This document shows, piece by piece, positions 63,596 to 64,000 of a DNA stretch of 64,000 bases. This DNA is from an uncultured Hormoscilla sp. GTDB taxonomy: Bacteria > Cyanobacteriota > Cyanobacteriia > Cyanobacteriales > Desertifilaceae. Position 1 is the stretch's first letter; each line of letters begins with the position of its first letter. Location: the NCBI GenBank assembly GCA_963921275.4, contig OZ001293.3, positions 2,272,001 through 2,336,000 on the forward strand, read 5' to 3'. The notes beneath the pieces are model-generated. The model saw only the letters and a program-made list of their open reading frames with translations, was not told the origin of the DNA and ran no database searches. Position numbers and translations under genes: made by a program.

Positions 63596-64000
63596 GGGCC
63601 GATCGCCCATTATTTCCTGCTCTTGCTTGACAAAGTAACCTTGACAATATCCGACCGATATTCCAGGCATCATCACCGCCTCGATGGTGAGTCCCTTCTA
63701 GAGGCAGATTGAGTATTTCTAAGGCCCGAGCCATGCCTACTTCTCGATCCATGGCATTAATAATTGCAAACAAGTTTTTGACATTGATATGCTTCGGACC
63801 AAAAGGATATTTGATCGATCGGGCTTGGCATTGTCTCTCGAATTGTCTTTTATCGTACTCTCCATAGCTGGCCCAAACTCGCTGATGCGTGCTATAATTT
63901 TTACGGAGAAGCGAACAAGCTTCCGCAAAATAAATTCCTGCGTCTACTTGTGACTGGGTTATGGTGGTCAGTTGGGTACAGAATTCACTCACTTGAGAAC
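63588..64000 (-). CDS. DEDDh 3'-5' exonuclease (5' end outside the window)
   Basis: SEFCTQLT, WASYGEYD, LEGTHHRGGDDAWNI. Confidence 0.88.
   Translation of the reverse strand, partial: SQVSEFCTQLTTITQSQVDAGIYFAEACSLLRKNYSTHQRVWASYGEYDKRQFERQCQARSIKYPFGPKHINVKNLFAIINAMDREVGMARALEILNLPLEGTHHRGGDDAWNIGRILSRLLCQARAGNNGRSARS

Overview
This 64 kb window comes from a filamentous cyanobacterium: HIP1 GCGATCGC is abundant and there are STRR-type 7/14-nt repeats, chlP, two cytochromes c6, gas-vesicle genes and rnpB. The genome is visibly decaying. Housekeeping genes (ppk1, fabG, trx, rnc, rnpB, murE, chlP, cruP) are intact, while many accessory genes carry stops, frameshifts, truncations or insertions. 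The mobile DNA includes ISKra4, IS5, IS4 and IS630 pieces and at least eight group II intron pieces. Main observations: (1) a family of ORF-less group IIB introns, with three >99%-identical 835-nt copies and an 870-nt relative. Their EBS/IBS pairings can be read directly, and host-gene reconstruction plus gamma/gamma' covariation place the 3' ends one base past the usual position (...GACU and ...AUCC instead of AY). One copy splits the predicted RNase P RNA promoter and one sits silently in the kptA stop codon. (2) A ~195-nt structured non-coding segment with a tRNA-like T-loop between a DIP1984-family gene and kptA, a candidate undescribed ncRNA/RNA-repair module. (3) 24-nt in-frame micro-insertions in rnc, arsA and three times in one transposase. 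(4) A CGATGTCTCC-based modular hairpin repeat found at gene-truncation points. (5) A miniature twintron. (6) A 3.3-kb inversion between two IS5 copies, shown by a split IS4 element. All calls were made by eye, without database searches.
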